Shown here one piece after another: positions 13,768-25,769 of a stretch of DNA of 64,000 bases (position 1 is the first letter of the stretch; each line of letters begins with the position of its first letter). Under the pieces are notes generated by a model that did not search any database, was not told the origin of the DNA, and worked only from the letters and a program-made list of their open reading frames with translations. The position numbers and the translations under genes are program-made. Source of the DNA: Mobula hypostoma. Its lineage: Eukaryota. Where the stretch lies: the NCBI RefSeq assembly GCF_963921235.1, contig NC_086097.1, positions 3,038,001 to 3,102,000 of the forward strand, written 5' to 3'.

Positions 13768-13947
13768 CTATAACTGCTGTCCGGACAAATGTGGCAAACC
13801 TGAGTGATGCTGCCATGTGGAAAATCAAACGAGCTCGCTTTGCACGGAACCGACAGAGAAGTGTGCGTTCTCTCCGGGATAGTGTTAAAGGCCCAGGAGA
13901 GTCAAAGAGAGCACTTTCGCTTCCAGAAACCCTAAGCACTAAACTGC
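13768..13947 (+). CDS. unc79: UNC79 internal exon C (180 nt, phase 1 to 1)
   Basis: ttttcctccag|CT acceptor and C|gtaagt donor. Encodes (T)ITAVRTNVANLSDAAMWKIKRARFARNRQRSVRSLRDSVKGPGESKRALSLPETLSTKL. Translated by hand; absent from the ORF track. Confidence 0.95.
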
Positions 13948-14174
13948 GTAAGTTCCTCTTGTAATTTGCAGTACCTTTGGACTAGTTATTAAAAGCTGCT
14001 CTTTTAGAGGAATAAGACTGGCCAACACTTTTCATAGTGTTCAAATGTCACCAATATATGCTTACATTTATGTCCTTAATTTTATTCTATGGTACTAGTC
14101 ACATAGTACATGCACATGCTATAAGAACGGAAAGGCGGAGAGAGTTAACGTTGCACTGTTGCACGTCTGACAGT

Positions 14175-14655
14175 AAAGCAACAGACACAAAATGCTAGAG
14201 GAACTCAGCAAATCAGGCAGCATCTATGGAAATGAATGAACAGTTGATGTTTAAAGCCGAGACCCTTCACCAGGACTGGAAAGGAAGGAGGTAGATGCCA
14301 GATAATGAAATTTTGGAGGAGGGATAGGAGGACAAGGAAGAAGGTGAGAGGTGAAGTTGGGTGGTGGGGTGCGGTGGGAGGAAGCATAAAGAAAGAAGCT
14401 GGGAGATGATAGGTAGAAAAGATAAAGAACTGGAAAAGAAGGAATCTGATAGGAAAGGAGAGTGGATAATGGGAGAAAGAGAAGGAGGAGGGGTAGTAGG
14501 GGGAGGTGAAAGGTCAGTGAGGGGAAGAGGTAAGAGGTCAGTGTGCAGAAAGGGAGGCCATGGGCCAACATGTTGGAATGGGAAGTGTGTGTGTGTGTGT
14601 GTGTGTGTGTGTCTTGCTCTGGATTTCCAGCACCAGCAGAATCTCATGTGTTTAT
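14175..14655 (-). mobile_element. Penelope-like 3' terminal fragment with inverted end and (GT)n
   Basis: acacaaaatgctagaggaactcagc... terminus, degenerate hammerhead at 14241-14278, purine-rich UTR. Confidence 0.75.
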
Positions 14656-15250
14656 GGCAAGGATGTTGCTTGAAGGCTTCAGAGACCCAGCTTCAATCAT
14701 GATTGCCAAAATTGGCTACGTGAAGTTTGTCCATATGGCCATATGGGTTTCCTCTTGCATCCCATAAACATGCAAGTTGCTAGGTTAATTGGCCACAGTA
14801 AAGTCACTGTCCCAGTGCGTAGGTAGAGTGTTTGTGGTGAAGAATAAGATGGGATTAGTGCAGGATTTAGTGTAAACTGGTGATTGGTGTGGACTCAGCA
14901 GGTCAAAGTGTGAGTCCTGAGGCTTCTGAGCCACAGCCATGAGAAGAGAGCGTGACGTGGGTGATGGATGTCCCTGATGATGGATGCTGCTTTCCTGCAA
15001 CAGCGCTCCGTGTAGGTGTGCTCAGTGGTGTGGAGGGCTTTCCCCATGATGGGCCATATCGGACAGATAGTTACATCAGTAGAATTTAAGATGTTGAAAT
15101 TGTTTTAAAATGTTGAGATCAAACTTGCATGCACTAGTTACACTGGCAGCTTGTTCCACACTCTCATTCTTGAGCATAGTAATTGAAAAGAAATGTTTGA
15201 CACCGGTCAGAAGCAGTAATCCACTGACCTGTCCATCTTCTTGTTTACAG

Positions 15251-15319
15251 CATTGCGACTGACTAGACATGAGCAGTCAGCTCCAACTCTTGGGGCAATG
15301 ATGGAGCATGTTATACATG
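15251..15319 (+). CDS. unc79: UNC79 small symmetric exon D (69 nt, phase 1 to 1; likely cassette)
   Basis: ttgtttacag|CA acceptor and G|gtaaaa donor. Encodes (P)LRLTRHEQSAPTLGAMMEHVIH, in frame with exons C and E; resembles the RLTRHEQSAP segment I recall from long UNC79 isoforms. Confidence 0.85.
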
Positions 15320-15723
15320 GTAAAAGATAGTAATTTTTATGCTTATGTTGAATATTTTTTAGAATCAAAAGTTAGTGCTTGAGCATATTTGCATCAATGG
15401 CAGATCATCATCAAGGACTCTTAGATCTTGGAAGATTACCCAGAGGCAATTGCTGACTAACTTTTCAGTCTCATACAAAATAAAGGATTTACAATCAAAT
15501 AACTAACTTATAATTCTGAATTTAAAAAGCATATTTTCAAGATACTAGTTTTAAGCTGGATATTCGCCTTTACATAGCATAGTGTGCTGATTATCTGATT
15601 CTCAAATTATGTTCAACACAATACTTATTTCAGTCTTCTTCCAGTTTAATCAAAGAATCTAGAGTAAACAATTAAAATAAATAAGCCAGGAGAGATAAAC
15701 ATCATGTCTTGTCTCTTGTCTAG

Positions 15724-16010
15724 GCCAGCATTCTCCAGAGGACGATGCAATCATAAAGGATCCTTTACCAGAGGACGCTGGCATTGACCATCAAACAGTT
15801 CATCAGCTGATCACAGTTCTCATGAAATTCATGGCAAAGGATAAAAGCAGTGCTGAGGCAGACATCAGCAGTGCCAAGGCGTTCAACACTGTAAAGCGTC
15901 ATCTCTATGTACTGCTTGGCTATGACCAGCAGGAGGGATGCTTTATGATTGCCCCTCAGAAGATGCGCACTTCTACCTGCTTCAATGCTTTCATTGCCGG
16001 AATAGCACAG
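15724..16010 (+). CDS. unc79: UNC79 internal exon E (287 nt, phase 1 to 0)
   Basis: tctag|GC acceptor and CAG|gtaata donor. Encodes QHSPEDDAIIKDPLPEDAGIDHQTVHQLITVLMKFMAKD...FNAFIAGIAQ. Confidence 0.95.
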
Positions 16011-16179
16011 GTAATACAGATATATTGTTACTAAGGTGCCTTATTGTTGTTTCATATCCTTATATGACAGAATCTCGATTCTTTGAACATCATAGTATAG
16101 TTACAGGAATGTTTCTTACCTTTGAGTCTCACAAATTGATTTTGATATTATACGAGGAAATAATTTTGATATATTTTTC

Positions 16180-16800
16180 AGTAGTGAAGGCAAATACAAT
16201 GTTAGCATTCATTTTGATAAGACTAGATAATAAAAGTAAGGATGAAGTGCTGAGGATTTATAAGCCATTGGTCAGACTGCACTTGGAGTGTTTTGGGCAC
16301 CATATTTAAAGATGTGCTAGCATTGGAGATGTTCCTGAGGAGGTTCATAAGAACGATTTGGGAAGTGAGAGGGTTAACACATGATGAGTGTTTGATAGCT
16401 CTGGCTCTGTACTCACTGGAGTTTAAAGAAAGGGATGTGTGGAATCTCATTGAAACCTATCAAATATTGAAGGGCCTAGATGGAGTGAATGTGGAGAGGA
16501 TATTTCCTATAGTGGGAGAGTCTAAGACCAAAGGGCACACCTCAAAACAGTGGAGTGTTCCTTTTGAACAGAGATGAGGAGCAATTCTTTAGCCAGAGGG
16601 TGGTGAATTTGTGGAGTTCATTGCCACAGATGGCTGTGGAGGCCAAGTCATTGGGAGCATTTAAAGCAGAGGTTGATAGATTACATGGAGAAGGCAGGAG
16701 AATGGGATTGATTGGGATAATAAATCAACCATGATGGAATGGCAGAGCAGACTCGATGGGCCAAATGGCCTAATTCTGCTCCTATGCCTTCTGATCTTAT
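16180..16800 (+). mobile_element. CR1 3' fragment
   Basis: KANTMLAFI...LALYSLEF motifs and CR1 3' UTR. Confidence 0.85.
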
Positions 16801-16919
16801 AAGGAAAGCAAATAATGTGTTCATCTTTATTGTGAGAGATTGTGATTAGATGAGTTAAAGCAATTTATTACCATGACGTAAGGCCTTAGTAGGACTTTAC
16901 CTACAGTGTTGCTTATGGG

Positions 16920-17048
16920 AGAAAATTTGTAGATGCTGGAAATCCAAAGCAACACACGCAAAATGCTGGAGAAACTCAGCAGGCCAGGCAGCATCTATTG
17001 AAAAGAGTAAACAGTCAACTTTTTGGGCTGAGACCCTTCTTCAGGACT
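16920..17048 (-). mobile_element. Penelope-like terminal fragment with degenerate hammerhead
   Basis: - strand reads agtc CTGAAGA agggtctcagccc AAAA agttgact. Confidence 0.75.
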
Positions 17049-17076
17049 TAGGGTCTGTTTTCCAAACCAAGGAAGG

Positions 17077-17290
17077 GATATCTGCGACTGAGAGAGTACA
17101 ATAGGACTTACAACAGGTATCTGCGATTGAGAAAGTACAACAGGACTTACAACAGGTATCTGCGACTGAGAGAGTACAACAGGACTTACAACAGGTATCT
17201 GTGATAAAGAGAGTACAACAGGACTTACAACAGGTATCTGTGACAGAGTACAACAGAACTCACGACAGGGATATTTGTGATAGACAGAGT
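17077..17290. repeat. Minisatellite, 39 bp unit, ~4-5 copies, inside a CR1 remnant
   Basis: Unit ggtatctgcgactgagagagtacaacaggacttacaaca. Confidence 0.88.
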
Positions 17291-17759
17291 CCAACAGAAA
17301 TTCACCAGAATGACTTCAGGAATGTTATTCTCCTGCGAAGAAAGATCAAGCATATTTTAAAAGGAGTGATCTCATTGAAACATAGCAAATTCTTAATGGC
17401 TTGACAGATATTATGTTCCACCCGGTTCAGGTATTTCAAGACTCAAGAATCAAGGTTGTTTAATGGCATTTTCAATAAATGAGTGTAAAGAAGAACAAAA
17501 TAGTTGTTGCCCTGGATTCGATCCAGCACCAAAAAAACACAATAAGATGACAATAATAGTAACAAAAATTCCATAGTAATGATAAAAATACTTATTTTTA
17601 TTTTATATGATTTGGATGATGGAATCGATGGCTTTGTAGCCAAGTATGTGGATGATACAAAGATAGGCGGAGGGGCAGGTAGTTCTGAGGAAACGGAGGT
17701 GCCATGGAAGGACTTGGACAGAAGCAGAGAATGGGCAAAGCAGTGGCAATGGGACAACG

Positions 17760-19198
17760 TGAATCGAATTGAATTGACTTCATTTCTTACATCCTTCATA
17801 TACGTGAGGAGGAAAAATCTTTATGTTACATCTCAGTCTAAATGTGCAATGTGTAAATTTATAATAATTTATAATAAATAGAACAGTCAATGTAATATAG
17901 AAATACACTCAGATCAGTGTGAGTTAATCAGTTTGATGGCCTGGTGGAAGAAGCTGTCCTGGAGCCTGTTGGTCCTGGCTTTTATGCTGCGGTACCGTTT
18001 CCCGGATGGTAGCAGCTGGAATAGATTGTGTTTGGGAACTCAAGTCCCCAATGACCTTCGGGCCCTTTTCTCACACCTGAACAGTAAATGTCCTGAATCA
18101 TGGGAAGTTTACAACTACAGCTGCACTGGGCTGTACACACCACTCTCTGCAGAATCCTGTGATTGAGGGAGGTACAGTTCCCATACCAGGCAGTGATGCA
18201 GCCAGTCAGGATGCTCTCAGTTGTGCCCGTATAGAAAGTTCTTAGGATTTGGGGGCCCATACCAAAGTTTTTCAACCATCTGAAGTGAAAGAGGCGTTGT
18301 TGTGCCTTTTACACCACACAGCTGGTGTTTACAGACCACATGTGAGATTCTCAGTGATCTTTATGCCGAGGAACTTAAAGCTGTTTACCCTCTCAACCCC
18401 AGATCCATTGATGTCAACAGGATTTAGCCCATCTCCCTTCCTCGTCTTTGCGATATTGAGGGAACATAGAAAATAGAAAATCTACAGCACAATACAGGGA
18501 GAGGTTGTTTTCTTGACACCACTGTGTGAGACAGATGACTTGTTCCCTGGAGGCCACCTCATTATTGTTTTGAGATTATGCCAATCAGTGTAGTGTCGTT
18601 GTCAAATTTAATTAGCAGATTGGAGCTGTGAGTGGCAACACGGTCATGGGTACACAGGGAGTAAAGCAGGAGACTTAGTACACAGCCCTGAAGGGTTCCT
18701 GTGTTGAGAGTCAGAGGGGTGGAGATGAGGCAGCCCACTCTTACCACCTGCTGGTGATCTGACAGGAAGTCCAGGATCCAGCTGCACAAGGCAGGGTGAA
18801 AGCTGAGGTCTCTGGGCTTCTTGTCAAGCCTGGAGGGAATTACTGTATAGTGTTGAATGCTGAACTGTAGTCCAAGAACAGCTTTCTCACAATAGCATCC
18901 TTCTTCTCCAGGTGTGTAAGGATGGTGTGTAGGGCAGTGGCTATTGCATCATCTGTTGATCAGTTGTGTCAGTAGGCGAACTGTAGGGGATCCAGTTTGG
19001 GTAGTAGCAAGCTGCAGATGTAATCCTTGACCAGCCTCTCAAAGCATTTGCTTATTATTGAGATGAGTGTGACAGGACGCCAGTTGTTCAGACATGTTAC
19101 TTTGGTCTTTTTTGGTGCAGGAACAATGGTGGATAATTTGAAGCAGTAGGGCACTGTACACTGGGAGAGGAAGTGATTAAAAGTGTCTTAAAACACAC
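17760..19198 (-). mobile_element. Rex1/Babar LINE, degraded RT to 3' end
   Basis: CLNNWRPVTL, LDPLQFAY, CSWILDFL, QGCVLS and ESILTGCITAWYGNC. Confidence 0.88.
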
Positions 19199-19199
19199 G

Positions 19200-19820
19200 T
19201 CATAGTCATAGTCATACTTTATTGATCCCGGGGGAAATTGGTTTTTGTTACAGTTGCACCATAAATAATAAATAGCAATAAAACCATAAATAATTAAATA
19301 GTAATATGTAAATTATGCCAGGAAATAAGTCCAGGGCCAGCCTATTGGCTCAGGGTGTCTGACCCTCAAAGGGAGGAGTTGTAAAGTTTGATGGCCACAG
19401 GCAGGAATGACTTCCTATGACGCTCTGTGTTGCATCTCGGTGGAATGAGTCTCTGGCTGAATGTACTCCTGTGCCCACCCAGTACATTATGTAGTGGATG
19501 GGAGACATTGTCCAAGATGGCATGCAACTTAGACAGCATCCTCTTTTCAGACACCACCGTGAGAGAGTCCAGTTCCATCCCCACAACATCACTGGCCTTA
19601 CGAATGAGTTTGTTGATTCTGTTGGTGTCTGCTACCCTCAGCCTGCTGCCCCGGCACACAACAGCAAACATGATTGCACTGGCCACCACAGGCTTGTAGA
19701 ACATCCTCAGCATCGTCCGGCAGATGTTAAAGGACCTCAGTCTCCTCAGGAAATAGAGACGGCTCTGACCCTTCTTGTAGACAGCCTCAGTGTTCTTTAA
19801 CCAGTCCAGTTTATTGTCAA
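19200..19820 (-). mobile_element. Younger Rex1-type LINE 3' fragment
   Basis: ORF 19366-19713 ...HPLH...SFLPVAIKLYN; (atgact)n tail; related copy at ~24965-25260. Confidence 0.85.
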
Positions 19821-20651
19821 CCTGCTCGTTGCATTGGGAAGTGTATGGTCATGCACCGTGGTAGAAGAAATAAACACGTAGACTATTTTCTAAATGGGTA
19901 GAAAATTGAAAAATCTGAGGTGTAAATAGAGTTGGGAATGCTCATGCAGGATTCCCTGAAGGTTAATTTGCAGGTTGATTCTGGTGAAGAAGGCGAATGT
20001 GATGCTAGCATTCATTTTGAGAGGGACAGAGTACAAAAACAAGGATTTAAAGTACTCACCTGGAGTATTGTGAACAAATTTGGCCCCTTATTGTAGAAAG
20101 CATGACATTGGAGAGGTTCAAAGGAAGTTTATGAAAATCATTCTGGGATTAAAAGGTTTATCATACGAGGAGCCTTTGCCTCTGGAACTGTACTTACTGA
20201 ATTCAGAAGAATGAAGGCTGACCTCATTGAAACCTGCTGTATAGGGAAGTGCCTTGATAGTGTGGATGTGGAGAGGATGTTCCCCCTGTTGGGAGAGTCT
20301 AACACCAGAGGACACAGCCTCACAGCACGTCCTTTTATTACGGAGATGAGTTTTATGCTTTACCCATGATGGACTATGCTAAATCCACTAAAGAAATAAA
20401 TAATAAAAAAAAACACCTCCTTTGATTACAACATTACAAATGGATTTAACTTGAATGGATTTTTTTTATGATAATCCTTTATAACCCATATAAATTTAAA
20501 ATTTTCACTTAAAGCAATGTAACTTATTCTGTTCACACAGTTGGAATGTGTTGCGACATAAGATTGCAAAGTATTTCAGATTGTACAAAACTGCAAAAGA
20601 AAGAGAAGCCATGTTAATATCTGTAGGTTTACTACAGATTCCTGCATTTCA

Positions 20652-21385
20652 GAATGAGAATCAGGTTTAATATCACTTGTACAGTATATGTTGTGAAATT
20701 TGTTTTTGCAGCAATACATAATAAAAACTATAAATTACAATAGGAAGGTATGTAAAAATAAATTAAGTACCTAATGCAAAAAGAGAGCAAAAAATACTGA
20801 GGTGGTGTACATGGGTTCATTGTCCATTCAGAAATGTGATGGTGGAGGGGAAGAAGCTGTTCCTAAGCATTGATTGTCTCTCTTCAGGCTCCTGTACCGC
20901 CCCCTGGTGGTAGCATTGATTGTCTCTCTTCAGGCTCCTATACCGCCCCCTGGTGGTAGCATTGAGTGTCTCTCTTCAGGCTCCTATACCGCCCCCTGGT
21001 GGTAGCATTGAGTGTCTCTCTTCAGGCTCCTATACCGCCCCCTGGTGGTAGCATTGAGTGTCTCTCTTCAGGCTCCTATACCGCCCCCTGGTGGTAGCAT
21101 TGAGTGTCTCTCTTCAGGCTCCTATACCGCCCCCTGGTGGTAGCATTGAGTGTCTCTCTTCAGGCTCCTATACCGCCCCCTGGTGGTAGCATTGATTGTC
21201 TCTCTTCAGGCTCCTATACCGCCCCCTGGTGGTAGCATTGATTGTCTCTCTTCAGGCTCCTATACCGCCCCCTGGTGGTAGCATTGAGAAGAGGACATGT
21301 CAGTCTGGGTGATGGGGGTCCTTAATGATGGATGCTGTCACTTTGAGACATCACCTTTTGAAAATGTCCTCGATGCTGGGGAGTC
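20652..21385 (-). mobile_element. Rex1-type 3' fragment containing a tandem expansion
   Basis: Collinear with 5116-5460 apart from the array. Confidence 0.8.
20867..21287. repeat. Minisatellite, 46 bp x 9, near-perfect
   Basis: Unit gcattga(g/t)tgtctctcttcaggctcctataccgccccctggtggta; units start at 20867+46k. Confidence 0.97.
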
Positions 21386-22293
21386 TCCATTGTAAAATAG
21401 TTTTACTCCTTTTATGACTCAACATATCACATAACCAATAAGACAGAAAAACGTTTTGGTTTCCTTTGAGTCTCTGGCAGTGTCATTTTGAAGTTGGAGA
21501 AACTATAGAAATCCCATGACTAAATCTCTAATCGCACAATCATTCCAGTTGAGACTTGCTAACATAGTGGTGCTCTCTTGCGCCTTTGTTTCCCTTTTTT
21601 AGCTTTACAGAAGAGTAATGAGTAATTTTCAAAGCATATTTTTTGTTGAGTGGTACTTTGGGAAATCAGATGAAAAGTGTTACATATGAATTGCTTCAAG
21701 GCTAAGAGAGCTGCAGCAACAGGGCTCTTCATTTCATGTTCCTGAGATTTTAATGCTTATTATTATTTTATTTTTGTATTTGTACAACTTGCACATTGAT
21801 TATCCAACGGTTATATGCAGTTTTTCATTGATCCTATTGTTTTACTTTGTATTTGCTGTGAATGCCCGCAAGAAAACGAATCTCCAGGTTGTATGTAATT
21901 ACATATATGTACTTTGATTATAAATTTACTTTGAACTTTCAACACCTCTGACTTTATGCAGCAAAACCTTTACAAAACATTATAAACATTACAAAACATG
22001 TCCTCACAGACATTATGTTGCACACTGTTCAGATTCCACTCCAATTTTATCCTAGCTGATTTTTAAAAAAAAGTATTTTGCTTTTGATCTGTAATGTTTT
22101 TAGTTTTCAGGTTAACACAATCAGAATTAGGTTTAGTATCAATGGCATATTTCATGAAATGGCAGCAGAAAACTTTAATATGTAATAAAAACTGTAAATG
22201 ACAATAAGAAGTATATATAAATATATATTTTCATTTGCTATGTACCGCGTTGTATGATGCGATCATGCTCCTTCCATGACAATGATTGCTCTT

Positions 22294-23085
22294 TTTTTAT
22301 ATAATTTTTATTAAATTTTCAAAAAGAATACATGAAAAGATAAAATCTACCCCCCCTCCCCTTAACCCTGCCCCCCCCCCATATATAGTCCTACCTAAAA
22401 GAAAGAAAGAAAAAAAAGAGCCGCCTGGGTATTGGAAGGTTTCCACATGCTCCATGGGATTCAAAATAAATTTGGTATAATTATTCATTACTTTCCCCAA
22501 GTAACCAAATTCTTTGTCGGAGCACTTAAATATGACATCCTATCTTTTGTAAATGATTGCTCTTGGCAAATTGATGAAATAAATTGGTCAAGACTTTGTC
22601 CGGACAGTATGACAAATACAATAAATGTTCGACTTAGATTAGTACAATATAATTTTTTACACCAATTATATATTACACCACAAAAAATAAATAGATTAAA
22701 CTCAAATCTATCTGATAAATGTTTTCGGTGTAATCAAGAAATTGGTACTTTTTTACATTCTACTTGGTCTTGTTTTAAAATTCAACCTTTTTGGATAAAT
22801 TTAAGAATCTTATTCGAACAAATTACTGGAATTCAACTTCCACATAACCCTGTATTATTTCTATTAGGTGATATTGAAGGGATAAAACCGAAACTTAAAT
22901 TGAATAAATATCAGAAAGAATTTATAAAAATTGCATTGGCAGTAGCTAAGAAGACTATAGCAGTTACTTGGAAATCTGATTCGTATTTAAGTATGGATCG
23001 TTGGAATAATGAAATGGCTAGTTCTATTCCACTTGAAAAATTTACTTATAATTTAAGAGATAATTATGTAACATTCTTGAATATT
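22294..23085 (-). mobile_element. L1/Tx1-clade 3' fragment with 5' inversion
   Basis: T-rich tail and 3' UTR on the - strand (22294-22551). ORF2 C-terminus with CCHC knuckle CFRCNQEIGTFLHSTWSC on the + strand (22573-23085). 17-bp TSD tgacaatgattgctctt at 22277 and 23086. Confidence 0.9.
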
Positions 23086-23164
23086 TGACAATGATTGCTC
23101 TTGGCAAATTTTTCTACAGAAGTAGTTTGCCATTGTCTTCCTCTGGGCTATAATCAATATTCTA

Positions 23165-24735
23165 TAAGACTATAGATATTGGAGCAGAATTAGACTATTC
23201 TGCCCATTGAGTCTGCTCTGTCCTCTCAGCCCTAATCTCCGGCCTTCTCCCTGGATCCCTTCATACCCTGACCAATCATAAATCTATCAACCTCTGCCTA
23301 AACTAAAGGTAAATACTTGGCCTCCACTGCCGTCTGTGGCAACAAATTCCACAGATTCACCACTCTCTGGCTCAGGAAATTCATGGAACATAGAATAGTA
23401 CAGCACAGTACAGGCCTTTCGGCCCACAATGTTGTGCCGACCCTCAAACCCTGCCTCCCATATAACCCCCCACCTTAAATTCCTCCATATACCTGTCTAG
23501 TAGTCTCTTAAACTTCACTACTGACTCAGGCAGTGCATTCCACGCACCAACCACTCTCTGAGTGAAAAACCCTCCTCTAATATCCCCCTTGAACTTCCTA
23601 CCCCTTACCTTAAAGCCATGTCCTCTTGTATTGAGCAGTGGTGCCCTGGGGAAGAGGCGCTGGCTATCCACTCTATCTATTCCTCTTATTATCTTGTATA
23701 CCTCTATCATGTCTCCTCTCATCCTCCTTCTCTCCAAAGAGTAAAGCCCTAGCTCCCTTAATCTCTGATCATAATGCATACTTTATAAACCAGGCAGAAT
23801 TCTGGTAAATCTCCTCTGTACCCTTTCCAATGCTTCCAAATCCTTCCTATAGTGAGGCGACCAGAACTGGACACAGTACTCCAAGTGTGGCCTAACCGGA
23901 GTTTTATAGAGCTACATCATTACATCGCGACTCTTAAACTCTATCCCTCAACTTATGAAAGCTAACACTCCATAAGCTTTCTTAACTACCCTATCCACCT
24001 GTGAGGCAACTTTCAGGGTCTCTGGACATGTACCCCGAGATCCCTCTGCTCCTCCAAACTTCCCTGGATCCCATGCCTTCTGACTTTCTGAATAAGCCTA
24101 CCATGTGGAACCTTGTCAAATGCCTTACTAAAATCCATATAGATCACATCCACTGCACTACCCTCATCTATGTGCCTGGTCACCTCCTCAAAGAACTCTA
24201 TCAGGCTTGTTAGACACGATCTGCCCTTCACAAAGCCATGCTGACTGTCCCTGATCAGACCATGATTCTCTAAATGCCTATAGATCCTGTCTCTAAGAAT
24301 CTTTTCCAGCAGCTTTCCCACCACAGACGTAAGGCTCACTGGTCTATAACTACCCGGACTATCCTTACTACCTTTTTTTGAACATTCCTCCTCATCTCTT
24401 TTCTAAAAGGACAGCCCTCTATTCTGAGGCTGTGTCCTCTGGCCTTAGACTCTCTTACATCCTCTCCACATCCACTCTATCATGGTCTTTCACCATTCGA
24501 TAGGTTTCAATGAGGTCACCTCTCATTCTTCTGAATTCTAATGAATATTGACCCAGAGGCGTCAAACACTCTTCATATGACAATTTATTCAATCCTGGAA
24601 TCATTTTTATGAACCTCCTTTGAACCCTCTCCAGTTTCAGCACATCCTTTCTTAAATAAGGGGCCCAAACCTGCTCACAATACTCCAACTGAGGTCTCAC
24701 CAGTGCTTTATAAAGTCTGAACAGTACATCCTTGA
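23165..24735 (-). mobile_element. CR1 3' fragment with a nested, internally deleted younger CR1 (23385-24385)
   Basis: The nested copy closely matches 33260-34650 but jumps at ~24055. ORFs 23444-23779, 24013-24339 and 24455-24832. Confidence 0.88.
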
Positions 24736-24739
24736 TCTC

Positions 24740-25768
24740 ACATGGTCCGGACATACCGGCTGTGTGGTGAAAATGGTACAACAGCACCTCTTTCACCTCA
24801 GGTAGTTGAAGAAATTTGGTTTGGGCCCCCAAAGCCTAAGGACTTTCTACAGGGGCACAACTGAGAGCATCCTGACTGGCTGCATCATTGCCTGGTATGG
24901 GAACTGTACTTCCCTCAATTGCAGGACTCTGCAGAGATGTGAACTTCCCACTATTCAGGATATTGAGATAGATAGATAGACATACTTTTTTGATCCTGAG
25001 GGAAATTGGGTTTCGTTACAGTGGCACCAACCAAGAACAGAGTACAAACATAGCAATACAAAACCACAAACAACCAAATACTAATATGTAAACCATGCCA
25101 GATAGAAATATGTCCAGGACCAGCCTATTGGCTCAGGGTGTCTGACCCTCCAAGGGAGGAGTTGTAAAGCTTGATGGCCACAGACAGGAATGACTTCCCA
25201 TGACGCTCAGTGCTGCATCTCGGTGGAATGAGTCTCTGGCTGAATGTACTCCTGTGCCCAACGGTGTAAATGATGTTACACGCCGACGTCGAGTTGGCAG
25301 AGGAAGGGATATACACAACAACCACAATTGCGTGTGAGATTTCCCTCGGCAAATAATATGGCTGGAGTCCAACAGCAAAAAGTTCGATATCCGGGCTACA
25401 AACGCGTTCCTTGATCGTAATATGACCAGGATTGCACCATCATTTACAAAGGCAGGTGTGTAAAAAGGGCCCAAAGAATCATTGGGGGTGCATGTCACCC
25501 CAACCACAAACTGTTCCAGCTGCTTGAAACAGTACTGCAACATAAAAGCCAGGACCAACAAGCTCTGGGACAGCTCCTTCCACCAGGCCATCAGACTGTT
25601 TAATTCATGCTGACACGACTGTATTTCTATGTTATATTGACTGCCCTGTTTTACATACTATTTATTATAAATTACTATAAGTTGCACATTTAGACAGAGA
25701 TGTAACTTAAAGATTTCACTCCTCGTGTATATGAAGGATGTAAGCAATAATGTCAATTCAATTCAATT
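24740..25768 (+). mobile_element. Rex1-type 3' fragment with a nested opposite-strand Rex1 piece (~24965-25410)
   Basis: Reverse complement of the 17760-18330 family; (attca)n tail. Confidence 0.8.
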
Positions 25769-25769
25769 A

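Larger units (their letters stand above)
17600..20350 (+). mobile_element. CR1 fragment (17600-17755 and 19835-20350) split by Rex1 insertions
   Basis: DLDDGIDGFVAKYVDDTKIGG in the first piece; the RT continues at ggaagtgtatggtcatgcac (~19837). Confidence 0.8.

Noticed and set aside
20867..21287. CRISPR-like array (also 13195, 17077, 37353)
   Set aside because: Head-to-tail units with no unique spacers, no cas genes, and a vertebrate intron context.
22432..23088. 218-aa ORF as a host zinc-finger gene
   Set aside because: L1 ORF2 C-terminus fused by chance to the inverted segment.
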